NCBI GenBank assembly: GCA_021775495.1
Contig: JAJFHT010000071.1
Span: 4,244 to 68,243 of the forward strand
DNA: 64,000 bases
Source: Hyphomicrobiales bacterium
Lineage (GTDB): Bacteria; Pseudomonadota; Alphaproteobacteria; Rhizobiales; Rhizobiaceae
Reading direction: 5' to 3'
Shown in pieces: positions 1 to 9,652 of this stretch. The notes under the pieces were generated by a model, which saw only the letters and a list, made by a program, of their open reading frames with translations, did no database searches and was not told the origin of the DNA. The position numbers and the translations under genes are program-made. Positions within the stretch are counted from its first letter, which is position 1; every line of letters begins with the position of its first letter.

Positions 1-84
1 CTCCGGCAGAGCAGTTGTGACCACGGTTTCTTAAGGCGCCGACGTTTAGAATTGCCGACCTGAAAAACCGGGGACCGGCAACAG

Positions 85-1182
85 ATGGGCAAAGACGTTG
101 ATTTCGGCCGCATAGCGACACTCGATCTCCTGCGATTGTTCGCAGCGCTGGCGGTTGTCCTGTTCCACTATCTGTTTCGTGGCGCAGCAGCTGATGACTA
201 CCTGGCATCCGGCTTCCCGATAGCAGCTCCATTTGCGCTCTACGGATATCTCGGCGTCGACCTGTTCTTCCTGATCAGCGGGTTTGTTATCGCCTGGTCG
301 GCGGAGGGACGCCGCTGGGATCTGTTTGCCATCGCCCGGTTTGCCCGGCTTTATCCGGGTTTTCTTGCCTGCATGAGTCTCAGTTTCATCGTCATGCTGA
401 TTGCCGCCTCGCCGCAATTTCCGACGTCGCTGACGCAATTCGCGGCAAATCTCTTTTTGTTTTCACCGGCGCTGGGTCAGCCGTTCATGGACGGCGTCTA
501 CTGGTCGATCGTGCTGGAAGTTGTATTTTACGGCTGGGTTACGCTGGCGTTGATGCTGGGCATCTTTGAAAAATGGAAGTTGCAACTCGTCACCGGATGG
601 TTGGCGCTGTGCATGCTGAATGAATTCGTCATCGGCAGCGGTGCTGCCCGGATGCTGTTCCTGACGGAATACGGCCCGTTCTTTGCCGGTGGAATTCTGA
701 TCCACCATCTGTTTTCAAAGGGAAGAAGTCCCGAGGGGCTGTTGCTGTTGGCCGCCTCATTCCTGCTATCCTGCAACATGCTGCTGATAGGCCAATCCTG
801 GATGCTTGCGCATTACGGCATAGCGGTTTCAACTCCGGCGTTGTTTGTTGCGAACCTGTTCATGTACGCCATATTGATCGCAGCCATCCGCTGGCGCACC
901 ATGGTGCCCTCCAGACCAGCCATTCTGATGCTCGGCGGCCTCACCTACCCGCTTTACCTGCTGCACCAGCACATTGGCTACATCGCCATCAACCACCTGG
1001 CACCGACAATCGGCAATTGGCCGGCCGCCGGGCTGGTCCTGGCGCTCATGCTGTTGTTGTCCTGGTGTGTGTGGCGACTTGTCGAAACACCGTCGCGACG
1101 CCGTATCATTGGCCTGTTGAATGCGGTCGCGGAGCGGATCAGGGCCCGCTTCGGTTCATCTGCGGTTTCGACCACTCCATAA
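85..1182 (+). CDS. membrane acyltransferase, acyltransferase-3 (OafA/YrhL-like) family
   Basis: 365-aa ORF with ATG at 85. Polytopic hydrophobic protein. The N-terminal LDLLRLFAALAVVLFHY motif is typical of acyltransferase_3 proteins. Confidence 0.75.
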   Translation: MGKDVDFGRIATLDLLRLFAALAVVLFHYLFRGAAADDYLASGFPIAAPFALYGYLGVDLFFLISGFVIAWSAEGRRWDLFAIARFARLYPGFLACMSLSFIVMLIAASPQFPTSLTQFAANLFLFSPALGQPFMDGVYWSIVLEVVFYGWVTLALMLGIFEKWKLQLVTGWLALCMLNEFVIGSGAARMLFLTEYGPFFAGGILIHHLFSKGRSPEGLLLLAASFLLSCNMLLIGQSWMLAHYGIAVSTPALFVANLFMYAILIAAIRWRTMVPSRPAILMLGGLTYPLYLLHQHIGYIAINHLAPTIGNWPAAGLVLALMLLLSWCVWRLVETPSRRRIIGLLNAVAERIRARFGSSAVSTTP

Positions 1183-1208
1183 AAACGGGGCGCCCCGTAA
1201 GGCGCCCC
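1181..1208 (-). terminator. intrinsic terminator downstream of the BMP/ABC operon
   Basis: Perfect 8-bp GC stem GGGGCGCC/GGCGCCCC at 1187-1208. On the minus strand it is followed by a T run (plus-strand aaaaa at 1181-1185). Lies between convergent genes. Confidence 0.5.
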
Positions 1209-1230
1209 GATCAATCCGAAAACTGATGTG

Positions 1231-2298
1231 TTATTGCGGCAACGTGTCGTCGACGCCTTTGACGTAGAAGTTCATGCCAAGCATCGTGCCGATGTCGGCA
1301 GTTTCGCCTTCCTTCAACCACTCGGAGCCGTCCTGCTTGGTGATCGGACCGGAGAAGGGATGGAATTCACCGGATTTGATCTTGGCTTCGGTAGCTGCTG
1401 CAGTGGCTTTCACGTCGTCGGGCATGTTGGTGTATTCCGCCATGACAACGTGCCCTTCTTTCATGCCGGCCCAGGTGTCCTTCTGATCCCATGACCCTTT
1501 GGCCACGGCTTCAATGCGCTCAATGTAGTAGGGGCCCCAGTCGTCGACGATGGATGTCAGCTGGGTTTCCTTGCCGAAATTGATCATGTCGGACGCCTGG
1601 CCAAACGCCTTTATGCCACGTTCGGCTGCCACCTGCATCGGACCGGTGGAGTCGGTGTGCTGTGTGATCACGTCAACGCCCTGGTCGATCAGCGCCTTTG
1701 CCGCATCAGCTTCCTTGCCCGGATCAAACCAGGTGTTGACCCAGACGACCTTCAATTTGAAATCCGGGTTGACCGATTGCGCTCCAAGAATGAAGGAATT
1801 GATACCGCGGACGACTTCCGGGATCGGAAATGACGCGATGTAACCCGCAACGCCGGTCTTGGAGATCGAAGCGGCAATTTCGCCCTGAACATAGCGGCCT
1901 TCGTAGAAACGCGAACCGTAGGTCGAGACATTGTCATGCTCGCGCTTGTAGCCGGTGGCATGCTCGAATTTCACTTTCGGGAACCTGCGCGCAACCTTGT
2001 TGGTGGCGTCCATGTAGCCGAAAGAGGTTGTGAAAATGATATTGCAACCGGAGCGGGCGAAACGTTCGATTGCACGCTCGGCATCGGCGCCTTCCGGAAC
2101 GCTTTCCAGATACGCGGTTTCAAGTTCGTCGCCCATCGCCTTTTCCGCGTCGAGCAGGCCCTGATGATGCTGATAGGACCAGCCGAAATCACCTATCGGG
2201 CCAACATAGATAAAGCAGGCCTTGGTTTTGGCGTAAGCCGCCGTGGCGCCGAAGGAGACGAGTGTCGCCGCCGTCAATGCAAGCAGTGTTTTCTTCAT
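1231..2298 (-). CDS. BMP-family (PnrA/Med-like) ABC transporter substrate-binding lipoprotein/periplasmic protein, probably nucleoside-binding
   Basis: The ORF 1231..2370 is trimmed to the ATG at 2298. This gives MKKTLLALTAATLVSFGATAAYA (signal peptide) with a GAGAGG RBS about 9 nt upstream. BMP-family signature throughout (FIYVGPIGDFGWSYQH...). Confidence 0.85.
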   Translation of the reverse strand: MKKTLLALTAATLVSFGATAAYAKTKACFIYVGPIGDFGWSYQHHQGLLDAEKAMGDELETAYLESVPEGADAERAIERFARSGCNIIFTTSFGYMDATNKVARRFPKVKFEHATGYKREHDNVSTYGSRFYEGRYVQGEIAASISKTGVAGYIASFPIPEVVRGINSFILGAQSVNPDFKLKVVWVNTWFDPGKEADAAKALIDQGVDVITQHTDSTGPMQVAAERGIKAFGQASDMINFGKETQLTSIVDDWGPYYIERIEAVAKGSWDQKDTWAGMKEGHVVMAEYTNMPDDVKATAAATEAKIKSGEFHPFSGPITKQDGSEWLKEGETADIGTMLGMNFYVKGVDDTLPQ

Positions 2299-2353
2299 GG
2301 AGTTCATCCTCTCTGTGTTCATCCTCTGTGTCAGGAGCTGGTTGATGGTGTTT

Positions 2354-3274
2354 TTATCGGTCAGGTACAAACGGCCGCCCCAACGAAGCCGGAGTGTTCA
2401 TCATGGTCAAACGCTTGTTCCGGGATATCAGAACCAGAACGATGATTGTAGCAACATATGGAAGCGAAGACAGCAATTGTGACGGTATTCCAAAGCCGAG
2501 TGCCTGGGCATGCAGCTGTCCTATGGTGACAGCGCCAAACAGATAGGCACCGGCAAGAACCCGCCACGGACGCCAGGACGCAAATACCACCAGAGCGAGC
2601 GCGATCCAGCCGCGGCCGGCGGTCATGTTCTCGGTCCATTGCGGTGTGTAGACCAGCGACAGATAAGCGCCGGAAAGCCCTGCACACCCGCCACCGAACA
2701 TCACGGCCATATAACGGATGCCGATGACCGAGATGCCCAGAGCATGCGCCGAGCCATGGTTGTCGCCAACCGAACGCAAGGTCAGCCCGGCACGGGTCTT
2801 GAACAGGAAATAGACAACGGCGGCCGTCAGCGCGATCGAGATGTAAAACACCGGATCCTGGCCAAATATCAGTTTGCCGACCAATGGAATGTCGGACAGG
2901 CCAGGGATGTAGACGCTGGCGAGTTTCACTCCGGGCTGGCCGACGAAACCCTCCCCGAGCATCCCGGAAAAACCAAGACCAAGCAGTGTCAGCGCAAGCC
3001 CGGTTGCGACCTGATTGGTGACCAGGGTCAGGGTGAGAAAGCCGAACAGCAGCGAAAACAGCGCGCCGACAATGATTGCGGCAATCAAGCCGAGCCATGC
3101 ACTTCCGGTCATCAGAGCGATGGCAAAACCTGTCACGGCGCCCATAACCATCATGCCTTCCACACCGAGGTTCAGAACTCCGGAGCGTTCTACAACCAGT
3201 TCACCGACAGCAGCTATCAGAAGCGGGGTCGCCGCCGTGGCAATCGTCAGTAGTACAGCTTCAAGCGTTCCCAT
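2354..3274 (-). CDS. ABC transporter permease (BMP/sugar-type, second permease)
   Basis: Start re-set to the ATG at 3274 (MGTLEAVLLTIA...) with a GGGGAGG RBS. The upstream part of the track ORF overlaps the preceding permease. Polytopic membrane protein. Confidence 0.85.
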   Translation of the reverse strand: MGTLEAVLLTIATAATPLLIAAVGELVVERSGVLNLGVEGMMVMGAVTGFAIALMTGSAWLGLIAAIIVGALFSLLFGFLTLTLVTNQVATGLALTLLGLGFSGMLGEGFVGQPGVKLASVYIPGLSDIPLVGKLIFGQDPVFYISIALTAAVVYFLFKTRAGLTLRSVGDNHGSAHALGISVIGIRYMAVMFGGGCAGLSGAYLSLVYTPQWTENMTAGRGWIALALVVFASWRPWRVLAGAYLFGAVTIGQLHAQALGFGIPSQLLSSLPYVATIIVLVLISRNKRLTMMNTPASLGRPFVPDR

Positions 3275-4367
3275 GGGAAACCTCCCCTGTCCGCTCTGTT
3301 TGCGGACGTGTGATGCGAATTTGGTAGTGTATGAGCGCGTCGCTGGCCAAAACGAAGAACAGAAGCATGCCCTGGAAAACGCGTGCGGTCTTGTCGGAAA
3401 CGCCAATGGATATCTGCGCGGCCTCGCCACCGAGATAGGACAGGGCCAGCACAAGGCCCGCAGCCACGATGCCGAGCGGGTTGAGCCGCCCAAGGAAGGC
3501 GACGATGATGGCTGTGAAGCCGTATCCGGGGGAAATCACCGGCCGCAATTGCCCAATGGCGCCAGCGACCTCGGATATTCCGGCCAACCCTGCCAGGCCA
3601 CCGGCCGTCATGAAGGCGAAGAACACCATTTTTGAAGACGAGAACCCGGCGAATCGTCCGGCACGCGGGCTTTGGCCAAGCAATTTGATCTCGAAACCCT
3701 TCAGTGTGCGCGAAAGCAGGAACCAAAGAACCACTGCGGCGATTAGCGCAAAAAGGAATCCCCAGTGTGCCCGACCCGACGACGACAGGATCTCAGGCAG
3801 CACAGCGTAATCATGGAAGTTCCGGGTTTCAGGGAAATTGTATCCTTCCGGATTGCGCCATGGACCGCGTACCAGCCAGTCGAGGAACAGCTGTGCGACA
3901 TAGACCAGCATCAGGCTGGATAGAATCTCATTGGTGCTAAAACGAACCTTCAACCATGCCGGGATGGCGCCATAGGCGGCACCGCCGGCGATCCCCATCA
4001 GCATCATCAAAGGCAAGACGATCCAGGACTGAAATTCGGGAAACAATACCGGCAGGATCGATCCGGCAACTGCCCCCATGACAAACTGGCCCTCTGCCCC
4101 GATATTCCAGTTGTTGGATAGGAAACAGACCGACAATCCGACGGCGATGAGGATAAGCGGCGCCGCCTTGATGGCTAATTCGTGCAGCGACCAGACCTCC
4201 GTGAGCGGATCGATGAAATAGAAATACAGAGCCGAGGCCGGGTTCTTGCCAAGGATTGCAAACAAAATGGCTCCGGCCACAAGTGTCAGGCCAAAGGCGA
4301 TGAATGGAGACAGAGCGCTGAAAAGCACCGAGTGCTGTGGTCGTTTGACCAGTTCGATGCGCATCAT
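3261..4367 (-). CDS. ABC transporter permease (BMP/sugar-type, first permease)
   Basis: 368-aa polytopic ORF. Its start overlaps the ATPase stop by 1 nt and its 3' end overlaps the next permease by 14 nt. Confidence 0.85.
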   Translation of the reverse strand: MMRIELVKRPQHSVLFSALSPFIAFGLTLVAGAILFAILGKNPASALYFYFIDPLTEVWSLHELAIKAAPLILIAVGLSVCFLSNNWNIGAEGQFVMGAVAGSILPVLFPEFQSWIVLPLMMLMGIAGGAAYGAIPAWLKVRFSTNEILSSLMLVYVAQLFLDWLVRGPWRNPEGYNFPETRNFHDYAVLPEILSSSGRAHWGFLFALIAAVVLWFLLSRTLKGFEIKLLGQSPRAGRFAGFSSSKMVFFAFMTAGGLAGLAGISEVAGAIGQLRPVISPGYGFTAIIVAFLGRLNPLGIVAAGLVLALSYLGGEAAQISIGVSDKTARVFQGMLLFFVLASDALIHYQIRITRPQTERTGEVSHGNA

Positions 4368-5938
4368 CAGGCAGTTCCTCCGGCATGGGTTGCGGCAGAG
4401 GCATCGGCCCCGCCCATCAAAAGCCCAACTTTTTCATAGGTCGCCTCGGCAATTGGCACCGGTTCGGACAAATGACCGTCGTGCATCACGCAGATCGAAT
4501 CGGAGACTTCAAACAGCTCATCCAGATCCTGACTGATGATCAGCACGGCGGAACCGCTCCTGGACAGGTTGATCAGAGCCTGGCGAATATGCGCCGCCGC
4601 ACCCGCATCGACCCCCCAGGTCGGTTGATTGACAATCATTACCGACGGTTCACGGCTCAGTTCGCGCCCGACGATAAACTTTTGCAGGTTGCCGCCGGAC
4701 AGTGCCGACGCTTCGGGATCGACCGCGCTTTTGCGCACATCCATGTCTTCGATGATTTTTTGCGATGCCTGCGATATGGTGTCTGTGCGGATGACCCCCA
4801 GCGAACCGAGAAACGCCGAACCGTCGGTTGCATGCCGGGACAGCAGCAAATTATCCGATAGACGCATGGCCGGAGCAGCACCATGGCCGAGCCGTTCTTC
4901 GGGAACAAAAGCCGCCCCCATCTGACGCCGCCCGGAAATATCGAGGAGACCGGCACCCTTGTGGCGTATCCGAATAACTTCAGCGCTGTCCTGCAACACC
5001 TCGCCTGAGATTGCCTCGAAGAATTCTCCCTGACCGTTGCCGGCCACGCCGGCAATACCGATCACCTCACCAGCATTGACGCTTAGCCAGATGTCCCGCA
5101 GTGCAATCGAAAACTGGGTTGCGGCGGCACGGCTCAAGCCGCGAATCTCAAGCAGCGCCTCGCTGTCATCATTCTTGACGGGGGCTTCGCGGACGATCTG
5201 TTTGACCTCACTGCCGACCATCATGCTTGCCAGAGAGGCTGCAGTTTCCTTGCTCGGATCGCAATGATCGACAACCTTGCCATGGCGCAGCACCGTCGCA
5301 CGATCACAAAGCCGCTTCACTTCGTCGAGCCGATGCGAAATGTAGAGAATGGATTTGCCTTCGGAACGCAGACGCTCAAGCGTCTCGAACAGACGGTCGG
5401 CTTCCTGCGGTGTCAGAACAGAGGTCGGTTCATCCAGAATGATCAGTTGCGGTTCCTGCAGCAAGCACCGGATGATTTCGATGCGCTGGCGCTCTCCGAC
5501 AGAAAGGTCACCAACCAGAGAATAGGGATCAAGCGGCAGACCGTATGCTTCCGACAGATCCCGTGCCTTTTCGGCGATTGTCGAAATCGGCGTGTCGTCA
5601 TCCAATGAAAGAGCTATGTTTTCGGCAGCAGTCAGCGCTTCGAACAGCGAGAAATGCTGGAACACCATACCGATTCCGATGCTGCGTGCCTGTCCGGGGC
5701 TCGTTATGGTGACCTGACTGCCGTTCCAGGAAATCTCACCCGCCGCCGGTTCGAGCGAGCCGAACAGCATTTTCACCAGGGTGGACTTGCCTGCACCGTT
5801 TTCACCGAGCAGAGCATGGATTTCACCCTTTTCGATGGTCAAATCGATCGAGTCGCACGCCTTCAGCGTTCCGAACACCTTGGTCAGGCCACGCACGTCC
5901 AGCAGGATTTCACCGGTAGATTTCGGTTGTTTGCTCAT
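4367..5938 (-). CDS. ABC transporter ATP-binding protein, duplicated ATPase domains
   Basis: Walker A GENGAGKST, LSVGERQR signature and a second LSGGNLQK signature. Start set to the ATG at 5938 (MSKQPKS...) with a GGGAGAG RBS. Confidence 0.85.
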   Translation of the reverse strand: MSKQPKSTGEILLDVRGLTKVFGTLKACDSIDLTIEKGEIHALLGENGAGKSTLVKMLFGSLEPAAGEISWNGSQVTITSPGQARSIGIGMVFQHFSLFEALTAAENIALSLDDDTPISTIAEKARDLSEAYGLPLDPYSLVGDLSVGERQRIEIIRCLLQEPQLIILDEPTSVLTPQEADRLFETLERLRSEGKSILYISHRLDEVKRLCDRATVLRHGKVVDHCDPSKETAASLASMMVGSEVKQIVREAPVKNDDSEALLEIRGLSRAAATQFSIALRDIWLSVNAGEVIGIAGVAGNGQGEFFEAISGEVLQDSAEVIRIRHKGAGLLDISGRRQMGAAFVPEERLGHGAAPAMRLSDNLLLSRHATDGSAFLGSLGVIRTDTISQASQKIIEDMDVRKSAVDPEASALSGGNLQKFIVGRELSREPSVMIVNQPTWGVDAGAAAHIRQALINLSRSGSAVLIISQDLDELFEVSDSICVMHDGHLSEPVPIAEATYEKVGLLMGGADASAATHAGGTA

Positions 5939-6069
5939 ATCTCTCCCTGACGTTTCCCGACGCCTGATCAATCCTATGCGGAGGGCATTACCACTGCAAA
6001 GCGGGGTGAGTCTTGAAAGAGCTTCAATAAATCGATGGGGAGTTGCATCAACAGCGGCGACGGTAGAGA

Positions 6070-6789
6070 TCAGCTGTTTGTCGCGCCAAGCCGAGGAAAC
6101 AACTGCATAATTGCGCCGACAAAGAACAGATAGACGCTAGAGACTGCGACCCCGATCTTGATCCACTGGTCCGCATGCATGTTTTGCAGTAACGCAATCG
6201 CACCGAGTCCGCACCAGATAAAGAACACCGTGAGATTGAGGGTCCGCAATCGAATGACTCGCACGGGATGCAGGAAATTGACCGGCAAAAACGTAAATAT
6301 TGCGCAGATCAGCACGACACCAAAAGAGACCCATTCACCCGGCTCGGCAACAAAAAGCGTAAAAACCACCATGTTCCAGACCACCGGAAAACCTCGAAAG
6401 AAGTTTTCGCGTGTCTTCATGCCGGTGTCAGCATAATAAACCGCACTGCTGATGACGATGATCGCGGCCGACAGGAAAGACAGCCCCTCACCCATAAATC
6501 CCCGCTGATACAGGGCAAAGGCCGGAATGAGCACATAGGTCACGTAGTCGATGACGTTGTCCAGCATATCGCCGGACCAGTTCGGCAGCACTTCTTTGAC
6601 TTGCAGCTTACGGGCAATCGGACCGTCAATTCCGTCAACCAAAAGCGCCAGCCCAAGCCACCAGAACATTGCGGGCCACCGCAACTCGCTGGCTGCGACG
6701 AGCGAAAGAAAAGCCAAAAAAGACCCCGACGCCGTCAGCAAATGGACGGAAAACGCCTTTGCCTGAGGTGCGGTGACCCTCTTTTTCAC
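6070..6789 (-). CDS. pcs: phosphatidylcholine synthase (CDP-alcohol phosphatidyltransferase family)
   Basis: AFSVHLLTASGSFLAFL...MFWWLGLALLVDGIDGPIARK..VKEVLPNWSGDMLDNVIDYVTYVLIPAFALYQ closely matches rhizobial Pcs as I recall it. GTG start at 6789 overlaps the DUF1326 stop (GTGA). Confidence 0.85.
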   Translation of the reverse strand: MKKRVTAPQAKAFSVHLLTASGSFLAFLSLVAASELRWPAMFWWLGLALLVDGIDGPIARKLQVKEVLPNWSGDMLDNVIDYVTYVLIPAFALYQRGFMGEGLSFLSAAIIVISSAVYYADTGMKTRENFFRGFPVVWNMVVFTLFVAEPGEWVSFGVVLICAIFTFLPVNFLHPVRVIRLRTLNLTVFFIWCGLGAIALLQNMHADQWIKIGVAVSSVYLFFVGAIMQLFPRLGATNS

Positions 6790-7400
6790 GGGCCGCGCCA
6801 GTCCAGCTTGCAGATCTCTGCGGACCGTCCAGCGAAATTCCAGTTGCGACCAAATGCCCGCATCCGGCTTTTGTCCGATTTGGCAATGATAATATCTTCG
6901 GCAATCCAGTATTCGGAATTCCTGATGACAGTGTCTTCGCCCCGGGATTTACCCGGAATCGGGGTTACGGCCCCGTCTATGATCTTCGGAATATTGAACA
7001 CCCGCGTCTTGTCCTGGGTCTCATAGGAAATCGGCACCTGCTGAACACCAAGAAACTGCCCGACTAGAATCGACAGCAGCGACGTCGTTCCACCGGCTTT
7101 TCCGGTGAATATCTTGGTCAGCGCTTTCACAGCGTAGATTGAGGCCCGCTTGTCGATGAACAGGCCCGCCGTCCAGTTACCCCGGCTCATATATCCCGGA
7201 ATTTCCATGATCAGTCCCAGATTGAGGCCGGAAAGATCGACATCGCCGAAGTGACCGGCATCGACCCGGAATCCCGCCCAGGTCTGACAATACCCCTCGG
7301 TCGGAGGGTGATTTCCAAGCGACAACACGCATGGGCAAAAGACTGTGCAATTGCAGGATAGGACGAGCTCACCGGTCAGAGCCCAGGATTGATCAGTCAT
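6786..7400 (-). CDS. DUF1326-family protein (uncharacterised, Cys-rich N-terminus)
   Basis: 204 aa. The N-terminal LSCNCTVFCPCVLSLG...PTEGYCQ pattern is characteristic of DUF1326/COG5588. The ATG at 7400 immediately follows the TAA of the upstream gene. Confidence 0.75.
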   Translation of the reverse strand: MTDQSWALTGELVLSCNCTVFCPCVLSLGNHPPTEGYCQTWAGFRVDAGHFGDVDLSGLNLGLIMEIPGYMSRGNWTAGLFIDKRASIYAVKALTKIFTGKAGGTTSLLSILVGQFLGVQQVPISYETQDKTRVFNIPKIIDGAVTPIPGKSRGEDTVIRNSEYWIAEDIIIAKSDKSRMRAFGRNWNFAGRSAEICKLDWRGP

Positions 7401-8321
7401 TTACAATGTTCCCTGTGTCTGCAGGATCAAGATTAAGAACAGTCCGAGCGCCCACACAAGCAATATTGCACCGGCAAGATAGGTTGTCACATGATTTGCC
7501 GCCTGTTTCTCAGCGGTGGTGAACACCGCAAGCAAAGCCATCCAGAAAACATTGGCAAGACCGACGGCGAACATCACCAACATCAGCGCCCAACAACAGC
7601 CAAGGCACCAGAGCCCCTGTTCTATCCCAAGGCGGTAGACCGTTGCCGGCCTGACGCTCCAGCGTGAAAACAACATGGAAAACGGATTTCGGCACTTTTT
7701 CAGGCAGGCGTCCTTGAGACCGCTGAACTGGTAAAGCCCGGCGCCCAGCAGAGCCACTCCTCCGGCCAACAGAGAACCGGCACCGAGACCTGAACCATTG
7801 CCAGTGGACATACGTTGAAAAAACATCGATGCGGCGGCAAAAACAACGGCGGCAACCAACCACACCGTCAGATAACCAGCCACCAGAACCAGCGGATGAA
7901 CCACCGGTTTTTGCTCCCGCCTGGCTGTATCGGCGATCTCACAATAGGTTCGAATCATCGGTGCAGCGGACGGAAGCATCATTGCCAGCGCCATGAGGAA
8001 CCACATGGCAACCAGCGCCAGTCCCTGAGGAATGGTTGCCGCGGCAGCAAACGATGGGTTGAGGCAGAGTTGAAAAAAAGTATCCAGAAAGGGCGGCAAA
8101 GCAATATCGGGCAGACTTTCAAGCAAGGCGGCGCCCGGCCCGAACTTGCCGAGAGTAAAGGTTTTTGCGGCCCGGATTCCCATCCCGAGCAAAATGGCCC
8201 AGGAAAGAACGATCAGTGAGATCAACAGCCCATAGGTCACGATACGCTTTTGCACGACGATGCCCACGGTCGCCCGCCCGGCCAGATCTAGATTGCCAAA
8301 GCTGTCCCCGTCGTCACTCAT
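7401..8321 (-). CDS. DUF2182-family predicted metal-binding integral membrane protein
   Basis: Motifs MALAMMLPSAAPM, YQFSGLKDACLKKCRNP and GLWCLGCCWALMLVMFAVG are typical of DUF2182/COG5486. Start chosen at the ATG at 8321 (MSDDGDS...). The longer track ORF to 8453 would overlap the divergent gene. Confidence 0.7.
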   Translation of the reverse strand: MSDDGDSFGNLDLAGRATVGIVVQKRIVTYGLLISLIVLSWAILLGMGIRAAKTFTLGKFGPGAALLESLPDIALPPFLDTFFQLCLNPSFAAAATIPQGLALVAMWFLMALAMMLPSAAPMIRTYCEIADTARREQKPVVHPLVLVAGYLTVWLVAAVVFAAASMFFQRMSTGNGSGLGAGSLLAGGVALLGAGLYQFSGLKDACLKKCRNPFSMLFSRWSVRPATVYRLGIEQGLWCLGCCWALMLVMFAVGLANVFWMALLAVFTTAEKQAANHVTTYLAGAILLVWALGLFLILILQTQGTL

Positions 8322-8440
8322 GTCACTGCCTGTGAGCCAATTCGTCCCATTGCATGCCAACTCCCTGCCCTGCCATATAGTGCACGAACAGCGGGTCTGG
8401 AAACCAGACCATTTGCGGTTTTTGAAAGGGCATCGAGGCC

Positions 8441-9652
8441 GTGCCAGAGACACATCAAAGCGAGATACTGGTCGCCGGCACCGGGCCCGCGGGCCTGATC
8501 GCGGCGCTCGCCTTTGCCGACCAGGGTTTCAGGGTTCTGCTTGCGGGGCCCGAACCGAACGACCGGGATGAGCGAACGACGGCACTGATGATGCCGGCGG
8601 TACGGTTTTTGCAGGACCTTCACGACATGACCGGTCTTGTCGATGACGCCGCGCCGCTCAAGACCATGCGGATAGCGGATGCGACCTCACGCCTCATCCG
8701 CAGCCCGTTTGTCAGCTTCAATGCCTCAGAAATCGGCGAAGACGCTTTTGGTTTCAACTTCACCAACCGATCACTGAACCGGCAGTTGGCGCATGCTGTT
8801 GGAGCCAACACTTCAATCTTCCGGCAGCACGGTTTCATCTCGAAATGGAAACCGGGAGAGCAAAATGTCGCTGTCGAATTTGACGACGGCACCGGAACGG
8901 AAGCGAAGCTGGCGGTCGCGGCGGATGGCCGGAACTCTCCTGCGCGCGCTGCGATTGAGATCGCAACACGCCGAATGGATTATCGCCAATCGGCTTTTGT
9001 GACCGATTTCGAGCACGAACTCGACCATGAGAATGCTTCAACCGAGTTTCACACCGATACCGGCCCGTTTACCCAGGTTCCCCTGCCCGGCAAACGATCA
9101 AGCCTGGTATGGATGGTCCGGCCGGAAACCGCAGACGAACTGATGGCAATGGATGCGGCTGCGCTGTCCCGGGCGATCGAAGACAAAATGCAATCCATGC
9201 TCGGGAAGGTGAAAGCCGGAACGGCGCGCCAAGTCTATCCGCTCTCGGTTCTGCTCGCACATTCTTTTGCCAGAAAACGGGTTGCCCTAATCGGGGAAGC
9301 CGCGCATGTGTTTCCGCCAATCGGCGCTCAGGGGCTCAATCTCGGCATTCGCGACGTCGGCGACCTGATATCAGCCGTGAAAGCCAAACCCGACGATCCC
9401 GGTTCTGCTGACGTGCTGGCTCACTACAACCGCCTGCGTCGCCCCGATATTCTTGCCAGGACCGGATCGGTACATCTTCTCAATCAATCGCTGCTGTCGG
9501 ACATGCTGCCGGCACAGATCGCTCGCCGTGTCGGTCTGTCTCTTTTGGACGCGTTTGCACCGTTACGCGGATTATTCATGCGTGAAGGCATGCATCCCGG
9601 CAGCGGCTTTCAGCATTTCAAATCAGCCGCTCGGGAACAGATCCGGCGGTAG
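8441..9652 (+). CDS. FAD-dependent monooxygenase, UbiH/UbiF/VisC/COQ6 family (ubiquinone-biosynthesis-type hydroxylase)
   Basis: GTG start. N-terminal GTGPAGL dinucleotide fold, the DG..S motif (AADGRNSPAR) and a C-terminal GEAAHVFPPIGAQGLNLGIRD motif. Confidence 0.8.
   Translation: MPETHQSEILVAGTGPAGLIAALAFADQGFRVLLAGPEPNDRDERTTALMMPAVRFLQDLHDMTGLVDDAAPLKTMRIADATSRLIRSPFVSFNASEIGEDAFGFNFTNRSLNRQLAHAVGANTSIFRQHGFISKWKPGEQNVAVEFDDGTGTEAKLAVAADGRNSPARAAIEIATRRMDYRQSAFVTDFEHELDHENASTEFHTDTGPFTQVPLPGKRSSLVWMVRPETADELMAMDAAALSRAIEDKMQSMLGKVKAGTARQVYPLSVLLAHSFARKRVALIGEAAHVFPPIGAQGLNLGIRDVGDLISAVKAKPDDPGSADVLAHYNRLRRPDILARTGSVHLLNQSLLSDMLPAQIARRVGLSLLDAFAPLRGLFMREGMHPGSGFQHFKSAAREQIRR

Noticed and set aside
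2354-3493. Long N-terminal extensions in track ORFs (2354-3493, 31492-32397, 46020-48203, 52554-53390, 35180-35560, 12975-14234, 20379-21173, 55479-57950, 28085-29971)
   Set aside because: The extensions overlap the upstream gene or the intergenic region and are Arg/Cys/Pro-rich. They precede internal starts that have good RBSs and match the canonical N-termini of the families, so the starts were moved downstream.
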